Shown piece by piece: positions 1-9,385 of a stretch of DNA of 64,000 bases. Origin of the DNA: Candidatus Danuiimicrobium aquiferis. Lineage in GTDB: Bacteria; Omnitrophota; Omnitrophia; Omnitrophales; Danuiimicrobiaceae. The translations under genes were made by a program, and so were the position numbers. The DNA lies in contig MHFR01000060.1 of the NCBI GenBank assembly GCA_001804285.1, forward strand, positions 34,442 through 98,441. Reading direction: 5' to 3'. How positions within the stretch are numbered: the first letter of the stretch is position 1; every line of letters begins with the position of its first letter. The notes under the pieces are model-generated. The model saw nothing but the letters and a program-made list of their open reading frames with translations, searched no databases and was not told where the DNA came from.

Positions 1-80
1 ATGGAAATGGACTGCAAGTTTTTATGCCAGCGCCATTCGTAACTGTTGTCACACTGTTTTTCTTAAGCGATCATCTATTC

Positions 81-602
81 CTATGTGCAGAATAAATCTT
101 CGCCGATATATTTTTGAATGCGTTCAATCGTATCAAGCGAAACATTCTCCGTCCCCCGCTCTATCCTTGATACAAACTGTTGGGTCAATCCCGCTCCGCG
201 TGCAAGATCTGCTTGCGTGATCTTCTTTGAACGCCTCACTTCACGGACCCTTTTACCGATCCTCGCCCGAAGAGAATTTTGCACAACTTGCACGGCTGGG
301 CGCCGCAACGCAATCCCCTGCGATTTCAATTTTTCGCTGAGGTGACGGTAAATCTCCTGCCAAAACTGGATCCGGCCATAATCTCTTCGATCTTTGCGCA
401 TGCGCCGCTTAATATTCTGCCATTGCATGCAAAAGTCTTCCTTCTTGAGGTACCGGCTGAAAACTTCCTTCGGAACATTATGCCGTGCCAGTAAAAGCGA
501 TGCATAATGAAGATAGCTTGGATGTTCTGGATTTTTCAAAATCTTGCGAATCTCTTCATCTGTACGCCGGACATCCCATTCCCATACCCGCGATGTCGTC
601 AC
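81..602 (-). CDS. XRE-family helix-turn-helix protein (C-terminal Cro/C1-type HTH), putative regulator/antitoxin partner of the adjacent AbiEii-like gene
   Basis: C-terminal 'ITQADLARGAGLTQQFVSRIERGTENVSLDTIERI' is a canonical HTH_3 (XRE) motif. 4-nt start/stop overlap with the upstream nucleotidyltransferase gene (599..602). Confidence 0.6.
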   Translation of the reverse strand: MTTSRVWEWDVRRTDEEIRKILKNPEHPSYLHYASLLLARHNVPKEVFSRYLKKEDFCMQWQNIKRRMRKDRRDYGRIQFWQEIYRHLSEKLKSQGIALRRPAVQVVQNSLRARIGKRVREVRRSKKITQADLARGAGLTQQFVSRIERGTENVSLDTIERIQKYIGEDLFCT

Positions 603-1336
603 AAAATACCTCCGATCAGTTCGTCAATTTCGTGCTTGAAATGTCTTTCGATAACCACAAATTCAATCGGAGTTCTCGTTTTTAGCTCCGATAGCCCGAT
701 CTTCATCTCCGCACGGTTATATGTGTGATACCATCGGATCAACGCTTCCTTTTCGAGATCATCACAATAATCAAGCGCAAACAGAGATAAACGTTTATAA
801 GACGAAGAAAGCCGGTAAATATCGAAAAGGTCCTTGGCTTCTTGACGGCCTCCCAAAAACTGTTTACGCCCTACCCGATCCATCTCGGGCAACGTTCCGG
901 ATATCGCATGAATTTTCCTGAGATAAATATCCTCCAAAGACAAGATATCAACCCCATCAACCCGCTTTAAGGGGCGCAGAAGCTTTGTCACATCCTCTAC
1001 AAAATCAATTTTAAGTGATTCGTTTTTATTGATCATGAAGGCATAAATGGAAATCTTGGCAAATCCATCCTTGTGGCTTTGCTGGATCAATTTCATTTTT
1101 TTTCCTGTCGATCCCTCAATCAATTCAACCAACTCACGGATTTGGGCAGGTGAATAAGTTTGTGAGAAAAAATCCAAGTCATAGGAATCACGGTGCTGAA
1201 AATAGAATTTGGCTAAAGCCGTTCCCCCCGCGAGATAAAAGGACCCAGCGCGATCTTTAAGAGTTTGAAGGACAATATCTTGATATTTCAATATGGATTT
1301 CATCTGACTCACCTCTCTGGCTGCTAAATAATACAC
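599..1336 (-). CDS. AbiEii/AbiGii-like nucleotidyltransferase (DUF1814; type IV TA / abortive-infection toxin family)
   Basis: Motifs 'YLAGGTALAKFY' and 'HRDSYDLDFF' match the GGTAL and RxSxDxD nucleotidyltransferase motifs of AbiEii. About 245 aa. Translationally coupled to the downstream HTH gene. Confidence 0.6.
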   Translation of the reverse strand: MYYLAAREVSQMKSILKYQDIVLQTLKDRAGSFYLAGGTALAKFYFQHRDSYDLDFFSQTYSPAQIRELVELIEGSTGKKMKLIQQSHKDGFAKISIYAFMINKNESLKIDFVEDVTKLLRPLKRVDGVDILSLEDIYLRKIHAISGTLPEMDRVGRKQFLGGRQEAKDLFDIYRLSSSYKRLSLFALDYCDDLEKEALIRWYHTYNRAEMKIGLSELKTRTPIEFVVIERHFKHEIDELIGGIL

Positions 1337-1441
1337 ATTATACTATGTAATGTCAATAGTAATACATATTATAATATGTATTATTTTACACCGGTGCATA
1401 CAGAAGTGCGTCCTTTTAAGGTTAAGTGGAGAGTATCTATT

Positions 1442-1540
1442 TAGCGTTTTGAAACGATTAAGATATCCCCCCCCTCACCCTAACCCTCTCCCTACGGGAG
1501 AGGGTTAGGGTGAGGGGCGATGGTCAACTTCAAAACGCTA
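1442..1540. repeat. GC-rich palindromic repeat family A copy 1: perfect 21-bp-stem hairpin CCCTCACCCTAACCCTCTCCC/GGGAGAGGGTTAGGGTGAGGG, nested inside outer inverted repeats TAGCGTTTTGAA/TTCAAAACGCTA
   Basis: Direct reading of 1467-1518 and flanks. Related copies at 9386-9452 and 20431-20500. Confidence 0.85.
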
Positions 1541-1555
1541 AACAATTACAGAATT

Positions 1556-3136
1556 TCAAACCTCTGGATTCCGGCCGGACTTGCCCATTTTGGGCCATAG
1601 GCGGGAAAAAATGATTCCGTCTTCCGCTTTCAGAATAAACGCAACCACACAATAAATGAGCGCACCGGCCGCAATCGTTCCGAACAATCCCCCGATTTTC
1701 CAGCTGAGTGCAGTATGTGAATCAAATTGAATGAGTCTTAAAATTGTAAGGCACGATAGCCCCATCACGCCGGCCGAAATGAGAATTTTCAGAAAACTTT
1801 CATTCAGTTTTTTCCAATCAAGCAATCCATACCGTTTTTGAAAAATATAGAGCAGCTGAATCACGCTGACCGCAGCGGCAATAGACGTCGCAAGCGCAAT
1901 CCCTCCCTGCTTCAGCGGATGCATCAGCGCCCAATTCAAAACGATATTCAGCAGCAAAGAAATGGCCCCGACTTTCACGGGCGTTTTAGTGTCCTGCAGT
2001 GAATAGAATGCCTGAACAATCAACCGAACCGCCGAAATAAAAAAAAGGCCGAGCGCATAATAACAAAGCGCAACCGCGGTACGGTCGGTATCAATCGCTG
2101 TAAAACGTCCGCGTTCAAACAACACCTTCACAATTTCACTCGACATCAGAAAAAGCCCGACCGTCGCCGGAATCGCAACAAATGCCATCACCCGCAAAGA
2201 GAAAGTAAGCGTTTTTTTCAATTCTTGCATATTTTTCGCCGCAGCCGAACGGGCCATATCCGGCAGAATGACCGTCGCAAGCGAAATCGTAAAAATCCCC
2301 AACACGAGTTCCATGACGCGGTCAGCATAATAAAGCTGCGACACACTTCCCTCCCGCAGGAAAGATGCCATGAGCGAATCGACAAGTAAATTGATCTGAA
2401 CAATTCCGATTCCAAAAATACTGGGCAAGAGCAAAAAGCCGACACGCCGAATCATCGGATGCTTAAATGAAAAACCGATTTTAAAATTCATCCCGACTTT
2501 TTTTGCCGCTGCAATCTGCATCAGCACCTGTAACACACCCCCTAATAAAACACCCAAAGAAACCGCCACGGCGGGCTGGGGAAAAAACCGTGCGGCAACC
2601 AAAGCGGAAAGGATGACGGAAACATTGAAATAAACGGGATTAAACGCCGGAACGATAAATTTCCCGAACGAATTTAAAATCCCGGTCAGAAGCGCCGCGA
2701 GTGACACCAAAGCCAGATATGGTGCCATCATCCGGGTGAGCAAAACGCACAGTTCAAACTTGTTTTTGATATGAATAAATCCGGGCGCCATGATGCGCAC
2801 AAAAACCGGCGCAAAAACAATTTCGAGGATGACCATTGCTGCCGTCACCAAGGCAAGCGTATAGAAAAACTTCCTCGTAAAATCCCAGAGTTCCTGTGCC
2901 GAATTTTTGGTTTTATATTCAACAAATACCGGAACGAATGCCGCACTCATCGCGCCTTCCCCGACCAGACGGCGGAAAAGGTTCGCAAGCCGGTACGCCA
3001 CCGTAAATGCATCCATTCCAAAACCCGCACCAAGAACCCATGCCAAGCTGGCATCCCGGACATAACCGAAAACACGGCTGCAGGTGGTGACTAAGCCGAC
3101 GCTCGTAGCAGATTTTAATAATTTGAGTTTAGACAC
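1556..3136 (-). CDS. murJ: Lipid II flippase MurJ (MviN)
   Basis: 526 aa with 14 predicted TM segments. N-terminus 'LVTTCSRVFGYVRDASLAWVLGAG...DAF' is typical of MurJ/MviN. Confidence 0.85.
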   Translation of the reverse strand: MSKLKLLKSATSVGLVTTCSRVFGYVRDASLAWVLGAGFGMDAFTVAYRLANLFRRLVGEGAMSAAFVPVFVEYKTKNSAQELWDFTRKFFYTLALVTAAMVILEIVFAPVFVRIMAPGFIHIKNKFELCVLLTRMMAPYLALVSLAALLTGILNSFGKFIVPAFNPVYFNVSVILSALVAARFFPQPAVAVSLGVLLGGVLQVLMQIAAAKKVGMNFKIGFSFKHPMIRRVGFLLLPSIFGIGIVQINLLVDSLMASFLREGSVSQLYYADRVMELVLGIFTISLATVILPDMARSAAAKNMQELKKTLTFSLRVMAFVAIPATVGLFLMSSEIVKVLFERGRFTAIDTDRTAVALCYYALGLFFISAVRLIVQAFYSLQDTKTPVKVGAISLLLNIVLNWALMHPLKQGGIALATSIAAAVSVIQLLYIFQKRYGLLDWKKLNESFLKILISAGVMGLSCLTILRLIQFDSHTALSWKIGGLFGTIAAGALIYCVVAFILKAEDGIIFSRLWPKMGKSGRNPEV

Positions 3137-3141
3137 GAGTT

Positions 3142-4032
3142 CTACGCCTCCCCTTCAGGGTCATAATGAACCGTCACATCGGAATCGGGAAAACGTTCTT
3201 TAATTTTACCGATCAGTCTTTCGGTAATTTCGTGGGCGTGTCTAAACTTCTGTTCCTTGCGGATTTCAATATGGAAATCGATAAATTTCTTAGTGCCGAT
3301 TTTACGCGTTCTTAATTGATGATACCCTAACACATCCGGATAAAAACCGACAATAATTTCCTGAATCAACCTGTTTTCGGTGATCGGAAGCGCCCGGTCA
3401 ATGAGTTCGTCAACAGAAGTTCTCATAATCCCAATCGCCTCCTTGAGAACGTAACAAGCAATTCCGAGAGCGAGTAATAAATCCCAAATCGTTTGCCCCG
3501 TAAAGCGGACCAAAAGGAGTGAAACAATCACGACGCCGTTCATCAAATAGTCCATCGTGTAATGAAGAGTCTCTGTTTTCAAAATCAAAGACCCACTTTT
3601 TCTTCCGACGCGTTTAAGCCGTTGGGTCAGAATCAAAGTAAAAATAATTGAAATCACCATGACACTTATCGCCACCGGGACATGGTTAATTTCATATCCT
3701 TTCATAAATCGTTTGATCGCCTCATAAATAAGGTACACACCGCTTCCTGAAATAAACAAGCTCTGAAGCAATCCCGCAAGGCTTTCGATCTTTCCATGCC
3801 CATACTCATGCTCATGGTCCGCCGGCTTCTCGGCCTCCCGTAAAGAAACTAAATTCAATGTGGAAGTACATATATCCATGATCGAATCCACCGCCGAAGC
3901 AATCAACGAGAGAGACTGAGTCAACACCCCGACGATGAGCTTCATTAACATTAAAGTTGAAGCCGTCCCGATTGACCACACCATGGCTTGAAATTTCTCT
4001 TTTGGATCTGAACCCGGACGATTTGTCGTCAC
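3142..4032 (-). CDS. Cation diffusion facilitator (CDF) family metal efflux transporter
   Basis: 296 aa. Six TM segments plus a cytoplasmic C-terminal domain. CDF-like 'SAVDSIMD' and histidine-rich loop 'HEHEYGHGK'. Confidence 0.8.
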   Translation of the reverse strand: MTTNRPGSDPKEKFQAMVWSIGTASTLMLMKLIVGVLTQSLSLIASAVDSIMDICTSTLNLVSLREAEKPADHEHEYGHGKIESLAGLLQSLFISGSGVYLIYEAIKRFMKGYEINHVPVAISVMVISIIFTLILTQRLKRVGRKSGSLILKTETLHYTMDYLMNGVVIVSLLLVRFTGQTIWDLLLALGIACYVLKEAIGIMRTSVDELIDRALPITENRLIQEIIVGFYPDVLGYHQLRTRKIGTKKFIDFHIEIRKEQKFRHAHEITERLIGKIKERFPDSDVTVHYDPEGEA

Positions 4033-4829
4033 TGTTTACTCTCTCCTTTTGTACTCATGGGGATTTTAGGGGACAGGCGCGAATTTTTGTGCCGGTACCC
4101 TAAAATCTTTTTCTGTTCAATCGCTCTGCCCAGCACAATCGAAAGTTCAAACAAAAACCACAAAGGAAACGCAAGCATACATTGCGTAATCATATCCACT
4201 GTCGGCGTCAGGATCGCGGCAATGATAAACGCTCCTAAAATAATATATTTTCGCTGCGACGCCAAATAAGCAGCATTTAAAATCCCTGTCGATATCAGGC
4301 CGATGACAATCACCGGAATATCAAATACCACACCGAACGAAATCAAAATAGAAGAAAAAAATGAAACATACGAACCAATGGATATCATCGGCGCAAGTGT
4401 CTCGCTTCTAAAACCAAGAAAAAAGTTGAGGGCAAACGGAAGCACCATGAAATATGCAAACAAAACACCGCCGATAAAAAGAACCGTCGCAAGCAATATG
4501 AGCGGCGAAATTTCTTTTTTTTCATTCGGATAGAGCCCCGGCCCTATAAATGCCCACAGTTGCGCAAAAATAACAGGAAGTGAAAGCACCACGCCCGCAA
4601 TTAAGGCCAGCTTCATTTTGGTGAGAAAAGCTTCATACGGAGTTAAAAAATATAGCGACTGGACACTCCCTTCAATAGGGCGCGTCATCCACTTCATCAG
4701 GATGTCGGAAAAACAAAAACATAAGATAGAAAAAAGCGAAACCCAAATTAAGGAAAACAAAATTCTTTTCCTTAATTCTTCCAAGTGGTCGATCGCCGAG
4801 TGATTGTGTTCTTGAATCATGGTAGGCAA
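4029..4829 (-). CDS. tatC: Twin-arginine translocase subunit TatC
   Basis: N-terminal 'HLEELRKRIL' TatC signature. About 6 TM segments, 266 aa. Confidence 0.9.
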   Translation of the reverse strand: MPTMIQEHNHSAIDHLEELRKRILFSLIWVSLFSILCFCFSDILMKWMTRPIEGSVQSLYFLTPYEAFLTKMKLALIAGVVLSLPVIFAQLWAFIGPGLYPNEKKEISPLILLATVLFIGGVLFAYFMVLPFALNFFLGFRSETLAPMISIGSYVSFFSSILISFGVVFDIPVIVIGLISTGILNAAYLASQRKYIILGAFIIAAILTPTVDMITQCMLAFPLWFLFELSIVLGRAIEQKKILGYRHKNSRLSPKIPMSTKGESKQ

Positions 4830-4920
4830 ATTATAAACTACTTCGAAGAAAAAGTCGTCGATAAAAAAGAGAGGGGACAGCGCCCTCTTTCTCGTTTAAA
4901 AAGGGCGCTGTCCCCTTTTA

Positions 4921-6039
4921 TCAAATAAAATCCATGAAATTTGTGCCTGAATCCTCCCCGTCCATGTAGATTTGATTTTTCCCTAATTGACTCAACTGCT
5001 CTTCCAGTTGATTAACCTTCCCGGACATTTCCGTTTCTAATTCTGAATTTTCGGGATTCGAATTCAATGGAGCGATCCCCAAACTAACCGCAATGTTTAG
5101 TTTTTCCGCGCGCCATTCTATCTGATCCTCCATGAGATCGCTTTGAATTCGTTTCGCGATTTTCTGCACCAAATCCATGAACAAGACATTCATATATGCA
5201 GAATGCGCGCTCCCACCATTCCAATCATACATCTCACAAAATGCGATACAAAACTTACCCGGCGCATACCGGATAAAACTGTCTGTCGTGCGTATATTTT
5301 TCTGAATTTTTTCCGATATCATTTGAATACATAAATCGGCCATTGTATCGCCGTAACGCAGCCGAATCGCCTCTTCATCATTGATGATAATCACCGCCAC
5401 CGCACAAGGCCCTTTCGTTTTTTTGAATTGCCGGCATAAAAGTCCGAATGAATCTTCGAGAAACTGATAGTGATAATCGTTCTTAAGCGGATCTTTTGAA
5501 GCTTCCCGGCAGCGATATTCCACCTCAAACATGAGGCCGATTTGATCCGCAAGCTGCTCAAAGTGGTTCACCATTTCTTGGGAATAATGGCCTCCCTCAG
5601 CAGGCGGACCGATAAAAAACATCCCGTATAAATGCCCGCTTTTTCGCAACATAAATTCAAACTCCGTACCGTGAAGCTTTAAAATATGTTTAAGATTCAA
5701 ATTGTTCTCTGGGTTGGAAATATTGGCGCGTGAGCTTTCGTGGACCAGTTCGCTTGAAATATCGGCCTTCACCAAATTCTGCGGAAGTCTAAATTTCCCC
5801 CATGACATTCGAACTCTATAGTCTTGTGTCCGCGGACGAAATTCCAAAACAGCGGCATGGGAAACACCGCAAACCTCAATCAGAGAGGAACCGATTTGAC
5901 GCAATGCGCAATCGGTTGAAACCATCTGTTTCAGAAAGCCTTCTGTTTTTTTCATCATTTCGTCCCGGAGCATCATTTTAATATACCATTGGCTTTGAGT
6001 ATCCTCATTCCAGAATTCCATATATTGGTCCTCCTTCAT
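4921..6039 (-). CDS. GAF-like sensor domain protein with degenerate (likely inactive) GGDEF domain
   Basis: The C-terminal half aligns to the GGDEF fold ('DPLKNDYHYQFL...AVAVIIINDEEAIRLRYGDTMADLCIQ...RYAPGKFCIAF'). The GG(D/E)EF motif is replaced by APGKF. Confidence 0.55.
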   Translation of the reverse strand: MKEDQYMEFWNEDTQSQWYIKMMLRDEMMKKTEGFLKQMVSTDCALRQIGSSLIEVCGVSHAAVLEFRPRTQDYRVRMSWGKFRLPQNLVKADISSELVHESSRANISNPENNLNLKHILKLHGTEFEFMLRKSGHLYGMFFIGPPAEGGHYSQEMVNHFEQLADQIGLMFEVEYRCREASKDPLKNDYHYQFLEDSFGLLCRQFKKTKGPCAVAVIIINDEEAIRLRYGDTMADLCIQMISEKIQKNIRTTDSFIRYAPGKFCIAFCEMYDWNGGSAHSAYMNVLFMDLVQKIAKRIQSDLMEDQIEWRAEKLNIAVSLGIAPLNSNPENSELETEMSGKVNQLEEQLSQLGKNQIYMDGEDSGTNFMDFI

Positions 6040-6611
6040 AAGTAAAACTCATCTGCGATTTTGCTTCACCCTATTCAAAATCTAACGCTATAGCGGATAA
6101 GAATACAAGAGGCAGCAAAAATATTTCCATGATAATAAAGTCCAAAGGAATGTTTGGTTTTCGAAAGGGGAAATGTAAAAATTTTTTGCTCTTCTAAAGC
6201 GGGAAAAATCCGGATGATAAAAAATGTGTAAAAAATTTTAGAACTGAAACCGTACCGGGTACGCGTCCCTTCCGTACATGGTACCGCGCCACACGGGGCG
6301 AGAGACAAGGGGCAACGGTACTCCGTCGCCACGAATCACGTTTCACGCAGAAAACAACGATCTTGCGAAATGCTTTATGTTCATAGGTTTATAATACCGA
6401 CAGACCTTTCAGGCCCATGATATTTAAAAGCGGTTTTATAAATCTCTAAAAGCATGTCATTGCGAGAAGCACTGCAGAAGTAACACGCAAGCTTTATTTA
6501 AAAGCGGGATTGCTTCGCCCTTCGGGCTGGCAATGGCGGTATTTGTTGGTCTTACGATAACTATTAAATCGCTTCCAGTATGTTTAATCTTTACACAGGA
6601 GAATTTAAAAT

Positions 6612-7187
6612 TTACGAAGGTCCCATAGCTGAGGTTTGAACAGTCCCTAAAACAGCGTCTAACACCCATTGATTTGCTTTTGAACGATACACTAAATTTT
6701 TTTTCACCTTCTGGCACACTTCACGTTCGGAAAGGTTCAAAACAAACGACAGCTCTCGCATAAGTCCTTTCACGGCCCGTAACAACATCTCTCTTTTTCC
6801 TTTTGCTACCTGCCCGTTTTTTTCCCGGGAATAAATCAAAATAACTTTACTAAAGGCCCATGGCGTATTTTTTTCGATCAAACTCAAAACTTCTTTCGAA
6901 AGTTCTTGTATATTTTGGTTTTCATTACTTAAATCGTTTGTTTTCAAATAATTCAAAATTTTGTTTGCTTCTTCACGTGAAATGACCAGATGAAAACCGG
7001 AGGTATTTATTTGGCTCGCATCAATGATAAATTTAGCTCTTTTGAAACGAGCCTCTCTGGATTCAAGCGAGTAGTAATACTGCTCTTTCCCAGACTGAAT
7101 TTGTTTATTGATTTCTTTAATGCGGCAAAGACCGTGGCTGGAATGAAAAAGCAGGCAACCTTTTTTATACAATGTATTTTTTTTCAT
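6612..7187 (-). CDS. CarD/CdnL-family RNA polymerase-binding transcription factor
   Basis: The N-terminus 'YKKGCLLFHSSHGLCRIKEI...EQYYYSLE' matches the CarD_CdnL_TRCF RNAP-interaction domain. The C-terminal helical domain contains a conserved W. Confidence 0.65.
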   Translation of the reverse strand: MKKNTLYKKGCLLFHSSHGLCRIKEINKQIQSGKEQYYYSLESREARFKRAKFIIDASQINTSGFHLVISREEANKILNYLKTNDLSNENQNIQELSKEVLSLIEKNTPWAFSKVILIYSREKNGQVAKGKREMLLRAVKGLMRELSFVLNLSEREVCQKVKKNLVYRSKANQWVLDAVLGTVQTSAMGPS

Positions 7188-7426
7188 TTAGACCTTTTGC
7201 TTCTGCTCCCACTAAATCACACTTAGATGCCCATAACGTCTTTAAATTTTACGGTTTCACGCCCTTATTGCCAGTAACAGTAAGCGATTACCAAAGTTTG
7301 TGACAAGCCAAATACCGCGGAGGATAAATCAAGGAGGAAAGATGAGTATTTGATTGACAGCTCAGGTTAGCTCCCATTCCTAATATCATTTCAATTTAAC
7401 AGGTAACAGAATTGTATACAATTAAA

Positions 7427-7462
7427 TTCTTTCTCTGATTCTTTCTCTGATTTTTTCTCTAG
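7427..7462. repeat. Tandem 12-mer repeat (TTCTTTCTCTGA x3)
   Basis: Direct reading. Overlaps the 3' end of the acyltransferase gene. Confidence 0.8.
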
Positions 7463-8307
7463 TTTTCTTCACTCAAAGGTTGCACTGCTTCCTGCCGCCA
7501 TCGATTATGTCCCCATAGCGTCCAATCGGACGGGCGCTTCCGAATTTCATGTTCGAGAGTAGCCACATACTGCTGCGTATTTGCCGTTAAATCGGCCTGA
7601 AAATCACCGGTTTGGATCAGCGGAAATGGTTCGCCAAAAGCAAGAATAGAACGTTTGTCACGTTCGCGGTAATAAAAAGTCGGGATGATGGGTGTCCCAT
7701 ATTTTAAGGCAAGCATAGCCGGAAACCGGAATGTGGCCGCTTGACGACCGAAAAAATCCACATTCACAAAACCGGATTTAGCGTGGGCATCAAGCAGCAC
7801 CGCCACCACCTGATTTTCTTTCAGTAATTGAATCGTTTTTTTGACAGCACCTTTCCGGTCAATGTTCCTGAGCCCCGTAGATCCGCGAAGCCGTTTGATA
7901 TAATTATAAATAAACGGATTTTTCACGGGTTTTCCGATGGCATGGATCGGAATTCCTTTAGCGGCCGCAGCCACCCCCATCAATTCCCAATTTCCGAAAT
8001 GGGCCAAAACCAGAATGAGCCCCTTTTTCTCTTCCAAGGCTTTCCACACATATTCTTCTCCGTGCGTTTCAATAAATTTTCCGGAATTTTTCGCAATTTT
8101 GGGAATGTTGATAACCTCGAAAAAAAAGTCCACCATACCCGTCATGGACAACCGGCCGATCCTTCTGATTTCTGATTTTGATTTTCGCGGGAAAGCTGCC
8201 CGAAGATTGTTTATGGAAAAATTTCGGCGCCGGGTTCTAAGGAAAAGAAGAAATCCGATAACTTGCGCTATTTTTCTTTTGATAGAACTTGTCAAGAAGT
8301 TAAGCAT
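7459..8307 (-). CDS. Lipid A biosynthesis (Kdo)2-lipid IVA acyltransferase, LpxL/HtrB family
   Basis: 'LVLAHFGNWEL' motif (HxxNWE of the LpxL/LpxM family). About 282 aa. N-terminal membrane anchor. Confidence 0.75.
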   Translation of the reverse strand: MLNFLTSSIKRKIAQVIGFLLFLRTRRRNFSINNLRAAFPRKSKSEIRRIGRLSMTGMVDFFFEVINIPKIAKNSGKFIETHGEEYVWKALEEKKGLILVLAHFGNWELMGVAAAAKGIPIHAIGKPVKNPFIYNYIKRLRGSTGLRNIDRKGAVKKTIQLLKENQVVAVLLDAHAKSGFVNVDFFGRQAATFRFPAMLALKYGTPIIPTFYYRERDKRSILAFGEPFPLIQTGDFQADLTANTQQYVATLEHEIRKRPSDWTLWGHNRWRQEAVQPLSEEN

Positions 8308-8549
8308 TGAAACGCAGATACCACCGACAATATACTGAACACGATAATATAGCTTTTTGATATGACCTCTACTGTGATCGCAAATTATTGATAATTGTTT
8401 TTAATATAAGCTGCTGCGCGAATTGCTTTTACTTAAATGGCATCCTATATTGATTAAATATTAAAGTCCATGACTATTGCTACTGTAACGTTTAACCCTC
8501 TCGGTTTTGTTAGAATAGTGTTTCTATGTCTCTCCTTTGATAGGATTGC

Positions 8550-8888
8550 CTAATGCTCCGTCCGGAAAAAAGCTCCAATACTTTCAATCGCCTCCATGGC
8601 ATCATCACCTTCGGCCTCTATATATATCTTTGATTTCCAAGCAACTGCCAAGACCAGGAGACCTAATATATTTTTCCCATCAGCCGTTATTTTCCCTTTT
8701 CGCACACGAATCACCGAACGAAACTGCCGTACTTTTTTCACGAATCGAGCAATTACCCGAAGGTGAAAACCAAGTCTGCTCGGCATGAAAACTTCAATTC
8801 TCCTGACCAAGGATTTATGCTCTTCCATAAAATTACTTTCTTTTGGTGAGCCAAAAGACATATTATTAGTATACGCTTCAGAAACCAC
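8550..8888 (-). CDS. HPr-family phosphocarrier protein (true start probably the internal Met, 'MEEHKSL...')
   Basis: Aligns to HPr: 'SRLGFHLRVIA' (active-site His region GxHARPA-like), 'GKITADGKNILGLLVLA', 'IEAEGDDAMEAIE'. Confidence 0.7.
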   Translation of the reverse strand: MVSEAYTNNMSFGSPKESNFMEEHKSLVRRIEVFMPSRLGFHLRVIARFVKKVRQFRSVIRVRKGKITADGKNILGLLVLAVAWKSKIYIEAEGDDAMEAIESIGAFFRTEH

Positions 8889-8994
8889 AAAGAGTTATTT
8901 ATGTTACAGGGGGGTTTTTGGCTCTTACATACTTCTGATCGCTTGGAGGCGCGGGGCGGAATCTCCACCACACAACATTAGGCGGATCGATCCA

Positions 8995-9069
8995 TGGAGG
9001 CGCGGGGCGGAATCGAACCGCCGTATACAGGTTTTGCAGACCCGTGCATTACCACTTTGCTACCGCGCC
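8995..9069 (-). tRNA. tRNA-Cys (anticodon GCA), CCA encoded
   Basis: Reverse complement: GGCGCGGTAGCAAAGTGGTAATGCACGGGTCTGCAAAACCTGTATACGGCGGTTCGATTCCGCCCCGCGCCTCCA. Cloverleaf with anticodon loop CTGCAAA. Confidence 0.9.
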
Positions 9070-9385
9070 AGCTGACATTTTAAATAAATCCCATAAAATT
9101 AAATGGGAAGCTGGCACTGTATTGACTTCCGATTAACAGTACTTTGATTCTTCATAGACAGTCAATACCGCGCCGACATTCCTTAAAAATAAATCCAAGG
9201 GTTCTAAATTGCTTTGTCGGCGCAGCACCTGCATTTGTTCATATTCGTCAAGATGCTGGTGCCGCGCGTCTTTTAGTGCTGCAAATCAAAACTTGGCGCA
9301 GTCCCGACCTTCCAATTAAATTAATGTCGGGCCCGCGCCAGCTAATATCTAAAAATAAATCCAAATAAAATTTATGGTATTAATT

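Noticed and set aside
6075-6332. 85-aa ORF in the long 6040-6611 spacer, plus 6457..6717
   Set aside because: They have low-complexity composition and overlap the palindromic repeats. They are more likely non-coding structured DNA/RNA.
8785-9075. 96-aa ORF on the plus strand
   Set aside because: It overlaps the tRNA-Cys gene and its duplicated 3' end. It has no coding signal.
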